Part shown: in pieces, positions 1 to 9,353 of the stretch
How the letters are laid out: every line of letters begins with the position of its first letter
Numbering within the stretch: the first letter of the stretch is position 1
Source of the DNA: Trueperaceae bacterium
GTDB taxonomy: Bacteria; Deinococcota; Deinococci; Deinococcales; Trueperaceae
NCBI GenBank assembly: GCA_965213925.1
Contig: OZ243927.1
Location: forward strand, 4,520,498 to 4,584,497
DNA: 64,000 nucleotides
Direction: 5' to 3'
Program-made: the position numbers and the translations under genes
The notes under the pieces: generated by a model
The model's database searches: none
What the model saw: only the letters and a program-made list of their open reading frames with translations
Told to the model about the DNA's origin: nothing

Positions 1-562
1 ATTTACGCCCAAGGCTACCGGAGCACGAAGTGGCATGTCCTATGGTGGATGCAGCCGAGACGCCGTACCCCTTCGGAGCACACCCCCAATAAAAAGAGGA
101 AACCTTCGGGCGACAAGCACACGAATAAACCCGTCGCCAAACTCGCGTTGCCTTCAGCGCCGCAACTTTCATGGCTGATGGTGCGCGATGGGGATACACT
201 TAAAGATGAGGAAGCGCTCGTCCTCAAGCACCTCTCACAGCACCAAGCGTTCCTCTTCATGCGTGAGCACGCCAAAGCGTTTCAGAAGATGATCTGCCAG
301 CGTGAGGCAGATGAATTCGATGCCTGGCTGGAGACTTCCCTTAGAAGTGGCGTTCTGCAGCTAAAGACGTTCGCCGAGGGACTCAAACGCGACTACGCTG
401 AGGTAAGAGCCGCCCTAGAACTGCCCTGGAGTAATGGACAGACGGAAGGTCAGGTCAACAAGCTCAAATTGATTAAGCGGCAGATGTATGGGCGGGCGAA
501 CTTCGATCTACTACGCCAGAGGGTGCTACTCGCTGCCTGACCACGCACTCGTTGGAAGAGCC
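1..562 (+). mobile_element. 3' end of an ISL3-family IS; transposase frame open from base 1 to the stop at 540, right terminal IR ending at 562
   Basis: C-terminus WSNGQTEGQVNKLKLIKRQMYGRANFDLLRQRVL is typical of ISL3 transposases; the element ends ...GGAAGAGCC (reverse complement GGCTCTTCC, an ISL3-type terminus). Confidence 0.88.
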
Positions 563-807
563 TCAACCCTTACCAACTCCATACAAGCCAATTACTGCGT
601 GTAAACGGGCCTTTCGCAACCTAAAGCCTTCTGCGTGAGTTGCGCGCGTTTCTTGCACAAAGGCTTACCGTAGTTGGAACGAAGCGCTCTAAGAAGAGAC
701 GATTGTCGTAGAAGTGTTCAAGCCTCGCCTGGCGGACTTCCTACGCCCTCGCTGAGCTACGAAGATAGTGTAAGAGAATCGTTCAGCGCATCCGACAGGA
801 GACGTCT

Positions 808-1005
808 GTGAAGCTATCTGGCAACACCGTTCACATCACCGGCGGCAGTTCCGGCATCGGTCTCGCCTTCGTGGGAGGCTGGACCGCCGACCATCACGCT
901 GGAGAAGTTTGCGAAGGATGCGCTCCGAGCGCTGGAGAAGGGCCGGTCGGAGGTCCGGGTCGGGGTGCTCAACTGCTCTACGTGTTGAACCGGCTCGCCT
1001 CCTAA
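808..1005 (+). pseudogene. short-chain dehydrogenase (DltE-like) remnant with an internal deletion and frameshifts
   Basis: RBS AGGAG then MKLSGNTVHITGGSSGIGLAF (SDR TGxxxGxG); another frame then gives an SDR-like C-terminus PTITLEKFAKDALRALEKGRSEVRVG; no catalytic core. Confidence 0.7.
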
Positions 1006-1090
1006 CAACTTAATGTGTGCCTTGGTTAAAGGTTCCTTCGGCTCCTACTAATTTACGGTTGCGCACAGTCTCGTTGACCGATAGCGGATA

Positions 1091-1304
1091 ATACGGATTC
1101 CGGGTGAATCCACTACAAAATGCATTCGCACCCCTGCGTTACTCACCGGAATCCGTAGCGGTTTCTACTCGCTCAGGAGTCTTCAGCCAAAGGTATGCAT
1201 CTTCACATCTACGCGCGTTGTCGTTAAGCTTGCCAGCAGCGGCTGAAGGCTCTTCCTCGGGATTAAACACGCTACTTCGTAGCATGTTCAACCGGAAAAG
1301 GTAT
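1091..1304. repeat. MITE/REP-like palindromic element
   Basis: Internal IR TACGGATTCCGGGTGA (1092-1107) / TCACCGGAATCCGTA (1143-1157); outer ends ATACGGATTCCGGGTGAA ... TTCAACCGGAAAAGGTAT are complementary at 14/18 positions. Confidence 0.55.
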
Positions 1305-1326
1305 AACTTGTCTCGAGGAGGTGCCC

Positions 1327-2268
1327 ATGCGCGCCATGCGCCTACACCAATTTGGAGACCCCGACGTCCTGCGGCTCGACGAGGTCGCCCTTCCAGAGCC
1401 CAAAGGCGATGAGCTGCTGGTGCGCGTCCACGCCACCAGCCTCAACTATGCCGAACTCGGGCTTCGTCGAGGGGAGATGAAAGCTCTAAGCTTTTGGCGG
1501 CTGCCCCTCACCCTCGGCTTCGACCTCGCCGGCGAAGTAGTGGCCTGCGGCCCCAAGGCGACCGCCTTCTTGCCGGGCGACAGGGTCTACGGCGCTATCG
1601 GTCACCAGGGGGGTGCTAACGCCGACTACGCCTGCGTCAAGCAGTCACGGGTAACGCTCGCCCCCGCCTCGCTCGCTCTCGATAAACTCGCCACCGTGCC
1701 GGTGGCCGGGCTGACTGCCCTCCAAGCCTTGAGAGACCGAGCGAACCTCCAGACGGGCCAGCGGGTGCTCATTAACGGGGCCTCGGGCGGGGTCGGCGCG
1801 TTCGCAGTGCAGCTCGCCAAGAGGTTTGGCGGCACCGTCACCGGCGTCTGTAGCGGGGCCAAGCGCGACTTCGTCGAGAGCCTCGGTGCGGACGAGATTA
1901 TCGACTATCAAAAGGAGGACTTCTCCGAAAGGTCCGAGCGCTGGGACGTCGTCTTTGACGCCGCTGGCAAGCGCGAGTTCGCTGAACTCCAGAGGGTATT
2001 GAGCGACGAGGGTAGAGCGGTCAGCACCCGCTTGAGTCCAAGGGGGGCGCTTAACGCCGTTACCTCGAGACTAGGGGCCGCGCCGCGCTACCACTTTATC
2101 CCAGCCAGAGAGCGCAGCTACGACCTCGCTTTCCTCGCCCGCCTCATCGAAAGAGGGGAGCTGCGGGTGCCCTTAGACCAAACATTCAGGCTCGAGGACT
2201 TGCCCGAGGCCCACCGCTATATGGAGGCTGGGGAGGTGCGCGGCAAGGTGGTGGTGAAGGTGGCGTGA
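1327..2268 (+). CDS. NAD(P)-dependent MDR-family oxidoreductase (quinone oxidoreductase / alcohol dehydrogenase-like)
   Basis: GroES-like N-terminus, LGFDLAGEVV, Rossmann VLINGASGGVG, C-terminal GKVVV; RBS GAGGAG before ATG 1327. Confidence 0.9.
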   Translation: MRAMRLHQFGDPDVLRLDEVALPEPKGDELLVRVHATSLNYAELGLRRGEMKALSFWRLPLTLGFDLAGEVVACGPKATAFLPGDRVYGAIGHQGGANADYACVKQSRVTLAPASLALDKLATVPVAGLTALQALRDRANLQTGQRVLINGASGGVGAFAVQLAKRFGGTVTGVCSGAKRDFVESLGADEIIDYQKEDFSERSERWDVVFDAAGKREFAELQRVLSDEGRAVSTRLSPRGALNAVTSRLGAAPRYHFIPARERSYDLAFLARLIERGELRVPLDQTFRLEDLPEAHRYMEAGEVRGKVVVKVA

Positions 2269-2634
2269 GAAGAGACCTTTGAGGTGATACACCCTCATCC
2301 TCTTTGCACAAACGTCTGGCATTGGTCCGTTAGCTAAGCTGACCCTTGTTGAGTGCGAAGCCCTAGGTCTATCAATGGGCGAGGCTTCCGAAATTTAAGG
2401 TCCTCCAAACTAACCACCGCATGAGCGCAATTGGTGCATCCGGTTAATCTCGCGTACGCTTCGGAAGTGGCTTTCCGTATTGCCAACGCTAACTACTAAG
2501 AAAACATCTTGCGGACTTACAAGATGATCCACAACGCGTATAATGCGCGTGTCTGGCGCACAACACAAAATAACCACTTGAGTGTCAAAGCCGTATTGTA
2601 GCGCCGCCGTGGAGGTGCGGCGGCTTATCAGCCT

Positions 2635-3170
2635 TCACTTCGCGCAGCCGTCGATCACCGTACGCACTGTGAACGCCACCATCTCCGGGGCGCTTTTCGC
2701 ATGAGCTTGGAGCAGCTCGAGGCGTAGAAGTGCCTCGAGCGTCGCCTGCACCGTGTCACCAGGTCGGTATGCGGGCATTGTCGTCATAGATGTTGCCTCG
2801 GCAGCACCGCCCGATGGCGGGGCGGGCACTGCTACAGAAGCAGCAGACGACGTAGGTAAATTGTGAGGTGGCCTCGCGAAGGGATCATCGGTCGGCGTTG
2901 CAACTTGAATCTGAGCGGAGGGTGCGTCGCCCGAGCTATAGACGCGCAAGCTCTCAGATGACCTCTGCCCGGACATCGCCTCGGCTTGCTGCCCGGCGGC
3001 GCTGCTGGTATCCGCGTCGGCAGCACCACCAACACCTTGCGAGCGGCTGTAAACACTCAGACTCGAGGGCGCAGCTTCATTAGCACGCCCATACGCCTGC
3101 ATTCCTTGCAGTTCGTTGACAGGAGGCGCGGGCTCAGCGGGAGAACCCGTCGAGACAGCCGAGTTCGCAT
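2635..3170 (-). pseudogene. fragment of an Ala/Ser/Pro-rich protein, possibly VirB10/TrbI-like, cut at its 5' side by the IS1 remnant
   Basis: Low-complexity linker ending AYRPGDTVQATLE; its 5' part runs into antisense transposase sequence. Confidence 0.3.
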
Positions 3171-3597
3171 AGGTATCAAGAAGCGTCAGGGAAAACGGCT
3201 CGTCGAAGTGACAGTTGAACTGGCGCACGGTAGTCGTAAGCGTCTCGAGCGAGAACTGCAACGCTTGGGCTACAACCAGCCCAACACCAGCGCTGTCGAA
3301 CGGAAAAACGGCACAGCCAGGCGCATGGACGCTTTTTGTGTGCGCAAATCGTTAGCCTTTGCCCGCCGACCTGAATCTCGTGATGCCATCGGCGCTTGGG
3401 CTATGACTGTCTACAACTGGGGGCGTGCCAACCGCTCACTTAGAAAGCTGTTACCCCAACCGCAAGGCAAAAAGCTCTATGAGAAGCGCTCGCCTGCGAT
3501 GGCGGCTGGCTTGACCGATTTCCTTCGGTCGGTTAAAGACATCCTTCGCTATCAACCTTTTCCGCCAAAGCCAGTGAGATAATCTCGTGGCACCACC
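3171..3597 (+). mobile_element. IS1-family transposase C-terminal remnant with right IR
   Basis: IKKRQGKRLVEV...NTSAVERKNGTARR...YNWGRANRSLR...RSPAMAAGLTD, stop at 3582; ends ...GGCACCACC (reverse complement GGTGGTGCC). Confidence 0.8.
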
Positions 3598-3765
3598 TAA
3601 CTTCGCCCTTTCTCGTGATGATCTCGGGTACTTCGCCCAGCACCTCGGCGTCATAGCTCGGCTTATATAGCAGTTCACATAAGCACTGAGCTTGAATCAC
3701 GCAAGTATCATTTCCAAACGTGCGCGCTAGACTGCGTTCCCTCTTCTCGGATTGGCTCAAACCAA

Positions 3766-4105
3766 ATGATACTTGCTATATTCAATGTGCTCTGCGTAGG
3801 TGTCGGTTGGTTGCCCTCGTATGAGCAACGCTCTCCGAGTTCAGTTATAGGCGACCTAGATATTCCTAATCTACCGGAGTGGTTCAAAGATTCAGTCGCG
3901 TATTGGCCAGGTTTCGCGGATAAGTTGAAGGAAACGGAGCGCACTACAGTAGGATTTACAGAACTTGTGTGGCAGTTCGCCTATACATTAGGTTTGACGA
4001 AAAGCATGGTAGGCAACACTGATAAGCTCTTACGTGACTACACCGACTACCGAGGGCGCTATCAGCGCCACCTTTTCCCTCGTGCTCGCGACATTTTGGA
4101 GTCCG
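3766..4105 (+). pseudogene. fragment of an unknown, possibly HAD-like protein, running into an IS1 remnant
   Basis: MILAIFNV... and LFPRARDILE weakly resemble HAD motifs, but the catalytic DxD is absent. Confidence 0.2.
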
Positions 4106-4107
4106 CC

Positions 4108-4449
4108 TTTAACCTCGCACTTACGCTTAGACTGCAATCCTCATGCTAAGCGCTTCGAAAGACGCTATCAGCATAGAACGCCTGCTACAGTAGGGCGTAC
4201 GCATGTACGCCAATTCTTTGAAAGAAGTCGCTATGAACCTTTCGAAATGAAAACAGAGTTCGCTCGAAGAGGGTATAAAGCCGAATTCTGTCCCTTGAAA
4301 AGCTACATATCGAATGCGAATAGGACGTCATAAATCTACACGCGTAAGCCCTGCTGCTACAGTAGCAGGCTTGACCGATACTGTCTGGTCAACCGAACGC
4401 CTACTTCACACTGTCCCTATTCCTGACAACTCTTGACTGGAAGACTACC
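4108..4449 (+). mobile_element. second IS1-family 3' remnant, interrupted by a MITE
   Basis: Removing 4191-4353 and one TSD copy restores RFERRYQHRTPATVAGLTDTVWSTERLL; ends ...GAAGACTACC (reverse complement GGTAGTC). Confidence 0.7.
4191..4353. mobile_element. 163-bp non-autonomous element (MITE) with IS4-like termini and a 9-bp TSD
   Basis: IRs AGGGCGTACGCATGTA / TACACGCGTAAGCCCT (14/16); direct repeat CTGCTACAG at 4182-4190 and 4354-4362. Confidence 0.8.
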
Positions 4450-4546
4450 TATTTAACGTCTTCACTAAAATAAACAGGGCAAAGAGGATGTTGGATGACT
4501 CTGACGCCTTGCCCTATAAGCATCGTCTCTCTTGATGCGTTCCATT

Positions 4547-5290
4547 TTAACTTCGAGCGACGCTCTGCGGTGCCAAAGTCAAACGCCCAACGATGGCCTC
4601 GTCCTGTACCGTAATCCCGTCTTGCAACACCACTTGCCGCTGTGCCAATAGGGCAACGCGAGGGTCGTGTGTGACCATAACGATAGACATGGTTTCCTCC
4701 TCGTGTAGCCGGAGCAAGATGTCTAGTACCGCGTCTCCCGCTTCGGTGTTTAGATTGCCCGTGGGCTCGTCGGCTAGCAGCAAGGTGGGGCTATTGACGA
4801 GGGCTCGAGCAATCGCCACCCGCTGTTGTTGCCCTCCGGAGAGCTGGCTCGGCATGTGCTTGACCCGGTCACTTAGTCCAACTTTCTCGAGCATCATCTT
4901 AGCTCGTTCGGTGCGCTTTTTGCCCCCGACCTTGGCGTAAACCAGCGGCTGCTCTACATTTTCTAGTGCGGTCATGTCGGACAACAGGTTGTAAGCCTGA
5001 AACACGAAGCCAAAGTGCCGGTTGCGGATACGTGAGAGTTCTTTGTCTGGTAAGCGAGTGATGTCGTGCCCTTCTAGTTTGTAGCTTCCCGAGGTTGGCG
5101 TGTCCAAACAGCCCAGCAAGTGTAACAAGGTCGATTTGCCCGAACCCGACTGCCCTACGACGCTCACGAACTCGCCACGCTTCATAGCGAAATCTACCCC
5201 GTCCAGCGCCGGAACGTCTACATTACCCATGTTGTAGACCTTGTAGATATTTTTAAGGTCGATCATCTTTGTTTGTGCAGGGTCATTCAT
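4547..5290 (-). CDS. ABC transporter ATPase, LolD/MacB-type
   Basis: GQSGSGKST, LSGGQQQRVAIARAL, LLADEPTGNL, VTHD; RBS AGGAGG before ATG 5290. Confidence 0.95.
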   Translation of the reverse strand: MNDPAQTKMIDLKNIYKVYNMGNVDVPALDGVDFAMKRGEFVSVVGQSGSGKSTLLHLLGCLDTPTSGSYKLEGHDITRLPDKELSRIRNRHFGFVFQAYNLLSDMTALENVEQPLVYAKVGGKKRTERAKMMLEKVGLSDRVKHMPSQLSGGQQQRVAIARALVNSPTLLLADEPTGNLNTEAGDAVLDILLRLHEEETMSIVMVTHDPRVALLAQRQVVLQDGITVQDEAIVGRLTLAPQSVARS

Positions 5291-5354
5291 GGTTTTTCCT
5301 CCTAAGTCTTTGTAGGTTGAAAGCCGCACTGAAAAACCCTGAACTTTCAGCCTC

Positions 5355-5469
5355 TATAGCAGGTATCATCTGGTTTGAGCCAATCTGAGAAGGTAAAGCA
5401 TAGTCTAGCACGCACTTTCAGTGATGATGCCTGCGCCATTTCGAATCAGTATTTCTGATGATCGCTATA
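5355..5469. mobile_element. TA-flanked MITE, copy 1 of the family also found at 52096-52244
   Basis: Ends TATAGCAGGTATCATCT ... CTGATGATCGCTATA; the left end is identical over 17 bp to the inverted end of copy 2. Confidence 0.65.
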
Positions 5470-5477
5470 ACTGTTTA

Positions 5478-5603
5478 TAGTGCGTTTCATGCTTATTGAC
5501 AGTAAACCGGTTGCGTTTATTTCTACTCGCGCTTCGTTCTCACCGTCGTTCGGAACCGCTCGGCTGATATTGGCAGCTGCTAAGACCGGCGAAACGCTCT
5601 TTA
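5478..5603. repeat. possible second short MITE abutting the MFP stop codon
   Basis: Terminal IR AGTGCGTTTC / GAAACGCTCT (9/10). Confidence 0.35.
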
Positions 5604-6899
5604 GTTGATGGCTCCCTCACTCGCCAGTTCTATCTCCGCCTTATCCTTAAACGCCTCATACGAGCTGCTTACGATGGTGTCGCCCGCTCTAAGCCCTTCT
5701 TTGACCTCAATGGCGTTGCCATCAACGACGCCGAAGATGACGTTCGTGCGCGTCGCCGTGTCGCCGCTGATCAGGTAAACAAAGCGTTCGCCGCCGGTAC
5801 TCAAGTAAGCGCCTCTAGGCAGGTTGAGTGCATCTTCCTTGCGGTCGGCTTCGATGTCAGCGTTCGCACTCGCGCCGATGCGGATGTCCCGGGGTGGGCT
5901 GTCGAAACTCAAGCTCACCGACACGACGGGACCGTTTTGACCCGCTTCGGCGTTCGGGGAGACCTGTACGACACTGCCCTTGTAGTCGGTGGTGCCGACG
6001 CGGAGGTTGGCGCTCTGCCCCACGCTGACGCGCCCCGCTTGCGCTTCGGGAACGGTGACGACGACGCGCACGTCCTGGCTGCTGGCGACGCTCGCGAGGA
6101 GCGCTTGGGCGCTCACCGCCTGTCCCACGGTTGCGCTGAGCTTCATGACGCGCCCCGCCACCGGCGCTGTCAACTCGAGCCCCGCCTCCTGCTCCTGCAA
6201 ATTAGCCAGTTTGGTCTGTGCCTGCTCGAGCCTGAGCTGGGCTTCCTGAGTGGCGAGGTCGTTCGTCGTCACGGCGTCTCGCTGGGCTAAGGCTTTGCTT
6301 TCAACGTCTTCTCTCGTCTGTTCAACCTTTAAGCGGGCGGTATCTAGCTCGTTTTTTGAGACTGCGCCCGCGCCAAAGAGCCTTTGGGCGGTAGTGAGTT
6401 CAGCTTCTGCCTGAGCGAGCGAGGTTTGAAGGCGTTTTTGCTCCAGCGACAGCCCCCTCGCACTCGCGCCGTCCTCAACGGCTAACTTGTCCAGCGCCAA
6501 CCGTGCGGCTTGCACCTCTTTCTCGGCGTCCGCCGCGTCCTGCCCCAAACTCTGCGAACTCAAGCGCCCGAGGGTTGCCCCCTCCGAGACCTCATCCCCC
6601 TCAGCCACGAGCCACTCGGCGAGGGTGCCTTCGACCGGCGCGAGGACGCTGCGCTCGAGTTTGGGCACGACGCTGCCGGTAGCGCGTACATAGTCTATAA
6701 GCGTGCCGCTCGCGACTGTAGCGGTTTCAAAACTGCGCAGGGTGTACGTATCGCTGCGCGGGCGCAGCAGGAAAAAGGGCACGGTGAGCAGGGCGAGCAG
6801 AACAGCGCCGACGAAGACCCACAGCGCCCCGTTGGTACGGCGCTTTTCACCCTTGGGGCGGGCGCGGGTTTGGACGATGGGTTCGTGTCGGTCAGTCAT
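5601..6899 (-). CDS. periplasmic adaptor / membrane fusion protein (MacA/HlyD family)
   Basis: N-terminal TM, lipoyl half-motifs APVEGTL / APVAGRV, long alpha-hairpin, C-terminal EVKEGLRAGDTIV. Confidence 0.92.
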   Translation of the reverse strand: MTDRHEPIVQTRARPKGEKRRTNGALWVFVGAVLLALLTVPFFLLRPRSDTYTLRSFETATVASGTLIDYVRATGSVVPKLERSVLAPVEGTLAEWLVAEGDEVSEGATLGRLSSQSLGQDAADAEKEVQAARLALDKLAVEDGASARGLSLEQKRLQTSLAQAEAELTTAQRLFGAGAVSKNELDTARLKVEQTREDVESKALAQRDAVTTNDLATQEAQLRLEQAQTKLANLQEQEAGLELTAPVAGRVMKLSATVGQAVSAQALLASVASSQDVRVVVTVPEAQAGRVSVGQSANLRVGTTDYKGSVVQVSPNAEAGQNGPVVSVSLSFDSPPRDIRIGASANADIEADRKEDALNLPRGAYLSTGGERFVYLISGDTATRTNVIFGVVDGNAIEVKEGLRAGDTIVSSSYEAFKDKAEIELASEGAIN

Positions 6900-6912
6900 G
6901 GATAACCGTCAT

Positions 6913-8151
6913 TTACGCCTTTCTCTGCAACGCTTCTACAGGGTTGAGTCTGGTAAGCGTTAAGGCAGGAAGAAAGCCCAGCAAGACGCCTAGCAAAACG
7001 GTTGTCAGCGTCACAAGCAGAGCTGCTAGAGGGTGCCAGTTGAACTGTAAACCGAAAGAAAAGGTTTCCCCCAGCGGTCCTTGTAAAAGCGTGACCAGCA
7101 GCGCCGCCAAGAGTGCGCCCGCCGCCGCACCCATAAACGCCAGGGACGCCGCGCCGACGGAAATCTCCTTACAGATATCAAGCCTACTCGCGCCGAGGGC
7201 GCGTTTCAAACCGATGTCGTGACCTCGCTCGAGCAGGTCGATGAGCGTGGTCGAAAACAGACCGATTGACCCGATGATGAGCGATACAACACCGAACATC
7301 GCTAGGATAATCAAGTTGGGGTTAAAGGGCGCTGCCGCGTTTTGAAAGTCTGCCACCTTGCTGATGAAAAAATCTCTTCCCGCTTCAGCCTCCTGGATCA
7401 TGTCATCATCCTGGTAGTGCTGCCGAGCCGCCGCTAAAAGCTGCGCCTGGGCAACGTCGCCCCGCCCCTTTTTCGCCTTGACCAATACCTGATACGACCA
7501 AACACCAGAAAAACTTTCCGGTGCCCAAATAGGGTAATAGATGGCTGGGGTCGTGTACAACACGTTCGTCGTCTCGGCAAAGGTGCCGACGACCCGGTAG
7601 GGCACGGGGTCTTCGTTTACAAACTCCTGAGCGTAAAAGTTGTGAGAGGGCGTTTTGAGAATCGTTTTGCCGATAGGGTCAGCGTCACCAAAGATTTGCT
7701 GAGCTGAGGCGTCGGATAGAAGGACTACAGCTTCCTGCGCCCTTTCATCCGCTTCGCTAAAGGCGTACCCTCTCGTCATGTGTACAGGCGATAGCGCAAA
7801 ATAGTTGAGGTCGACGGTAGCGGTGGCGTCCGTATTGAACGCGAAGCGCCTGCCCTCGTAGACAACGTTCGCAACGTTCCAGCCGGTCTGGTATATCGCT
7901 ATGTCCGCCACGTCAGGCGCGAGGTTTTTCAAATCCTGAAAATCATTTGACTCGAACACACCGTAGAGGCTAGCGCCGTCTTCATCCCTAAACCCTGCAT
8001 TCAGAAAGAAAGTATCGTCGCTCCCGGTATCCTGCGCAGAGAAATAAGGGGAGAGTGCCAGCATCATCGCTAGGCTACCCAATAGAATCTGCAAAAAGGT
8101 AAGAAAAAGCCGGAGCGGTCTGCGCCTTAGATTAAGCAGTAGGGTTCTCAC
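6913..8151 (-). CDS. MacB/FtsX-like ABC permease, type B copy 3
   Basis: PLRLFLTFLQILLGSLAMMLALS, periplasmic domain, DIGLKRALGA, ends NPVEAL. Confidence 0.9.
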   Translation of the reverse strand: MRTLLLNLRRRPLRLFLTFLQILLGSLAMMLALSPYFSAQDTGSDDTFFLNAGFRDEDGASLYGVFESNDFQDLKNLAPDVADIAIYQTGWNVANVVYEGRRFAFNTDATATVDLNYFALSPVHMTRGYAFSEADERAQEAVVLLSDASAQQIFGDADPIGKTILKTPSHNFYAQEFVNEDPVPYRVVGTFAETTNVLYTTPAIYYPIWAPESFSGVWSYQVLVKAKKGRGDVAQAQLLAAARQHYQDDDMIQEAEAGRDFFISKVADFQNAAAPFNPNLIILAMFGVVSLIIGSIGLFSTTLIDLLERGHDIGLKRALGASRLDICKEISVGAASLAFMGAAAGALLAALLVTLLQGPLGETFSFGLQFNWHPLAALLVTLTTVLLGVLLGFLPALTLTRLNPVEALQRKA

Positions 8152-8159
8152 GCGCTACC

Positions 8160-9353
8160 TCACAGCTCCAAGGACTCGGTAACGTTCAAACGGGAGGCGA
8201 GCAGCGCGGGGTAAACCGAGAAGATCACACTTATACAGAGGGCTGAAACGAAACCGACTACCAGGGGTAGCAGTGAAGGCGAATCAGCAATTAGGATAGC
8301 TTGCTGGCCGGCAGCGGTCACGTAGGTGTCGAAGACGATGAGTAGCCCGTAGCCCAGCAGCACCCCGGTAGCGCCTCCTATCAAGCCCAGCACCAGGGCG
8401 TCCACAAGGTATTGGTTTCTAATCACCCTGCGGGTTGCCCCTAGCGTTCTCAGGATGCCGGTGTCCCGTCTGTTTCTGAAGACCCGCGCCAGCAACAAAT
8501 TCATGATGTTCAGCGCCGCGCTCATCAATCCGATAGAGGCGAGCGAGGCGATCAGCAGGCGGGTGGAACGCTGCCCCGCAGCGTACCTTTTCAGGTCCTG
8601 GGAGCGCACGCTCACACGGTCGCCCCAGGTTCTAGCGGCAAACGCCTGCAACTGTGCGCGCGCTTCGTCAACATCGGCAACGTCCTCAACAACAAAGGTG
8701 AGAGGACCCATCGCGTTGTAGAGGTCAGAACGAAAGGGAATAAGGATATCCGAGTTTGCGTTTTCGCTCGCTGCCATCACGCCGATAATCTCAACGTTGA
8801 AGTCTCCCCACGTATCGGTAACGTGTTCGCCTACCGGGTCAGATACTCCCATGAGCTTGACGAGTCTGGGCGAAACCAGGGCAATGTTGCGCTGCTCAGC
8901 GTAGTCACTGTCGGTGAAGCTCGAGCCCTCCGACACCGTTATGTCGTTGACCACCAGGTAGTCCTTGCTGACGGAAAGGATAGCCACGCCGTCTTTGGAA
9001 AGATGACTCGTGTCCACGCCGACAGGTGAGGTTATGTAGGCGTACGCTACCTTGGGCGCACTGTCTCGCGCCCTTTCCATATCAGCTTCGGTAAGCGTTA
9101 TGGGCTCGTCGCCTAAGCGCCCCACCTCGTGGATAAGGCTTCCATCTTCTTCAGCAGCGTTAGAAAGGTCGTCTTCCCTGGTCTGCACCGTAAGCTCCCT
9201 AGCCCATAGCGAGGTCGTGAGCGCGGTTTGCGCCTGCCTATTCACGTCGATAAACGCCGCGATAGCGGTTACAGCAGCAACCCCTAGCGCGAGCGCGAGC
9301 AGGGTGAGCGCGGACTGGAGGGGGCTCGAGGTTAAGCGCCGTAATTCCGTCAT
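8160..9353 (-). CDS. MacB/FtsX-like ABC permease, type A copy 3
   Basis: Start placed at ATG 9353 (TGATG overlap with the upstream stop); PLQSALTLLALALGVAAVTA, TWGDRVSV, GILRTLGATR. Confidence 0.9.
   Translation of the reverse strand: MTELRRLTSSPLQSALTLLALALGVAAVTAIAAFIDVNRQAQTALTTSLWARELTVQTREDDLSNAAEEDGSLIHEVGRLGDEPITLTEADMERARDSAPKVAYAYITSPVGVDTSHLSKDGVAILSVSKDYLVVNDITVSEGSSFTDSDYAEQRNIALVSPRLVKLMGVSDPVGEHVTDTWGDFNVEIIGVMAASENANSDILIPFRSDLYNAMGPLTFVVEDVADVDEARAQLQAFAARTWGDRVSVRSQDLKRYAAGQRSTRLLIASLASIGLMSAALNIMNLLLARVFRNRRDTGILRTLGATRRVIRNQYLVDALVLGLIGGATGVLLGYGLLIVFDTYVTAAGQQAILIADSPSLLPLVVGFVSALCISVIFSVYPALLASRLNVTESLEL

Noticed and set aside
563..692. MITE directly after the ISL3 end
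   Set aside because: The inverted repeat (CCAACTCCATACAAGCC versus GGCTTACCGTAGTTGG) is too degenerate and there is no TSD
1104..1412. 102-aa ORF
   Set aside because: It overlaps a palindromic repeat and the oxidoreductase start; probably spurious
2986..3170. N-terminal part of the 198-aa transposase ORF
   Set aside because: It is antisense read-through of the neighbouring fragment; transposase similarity begins only near 3171
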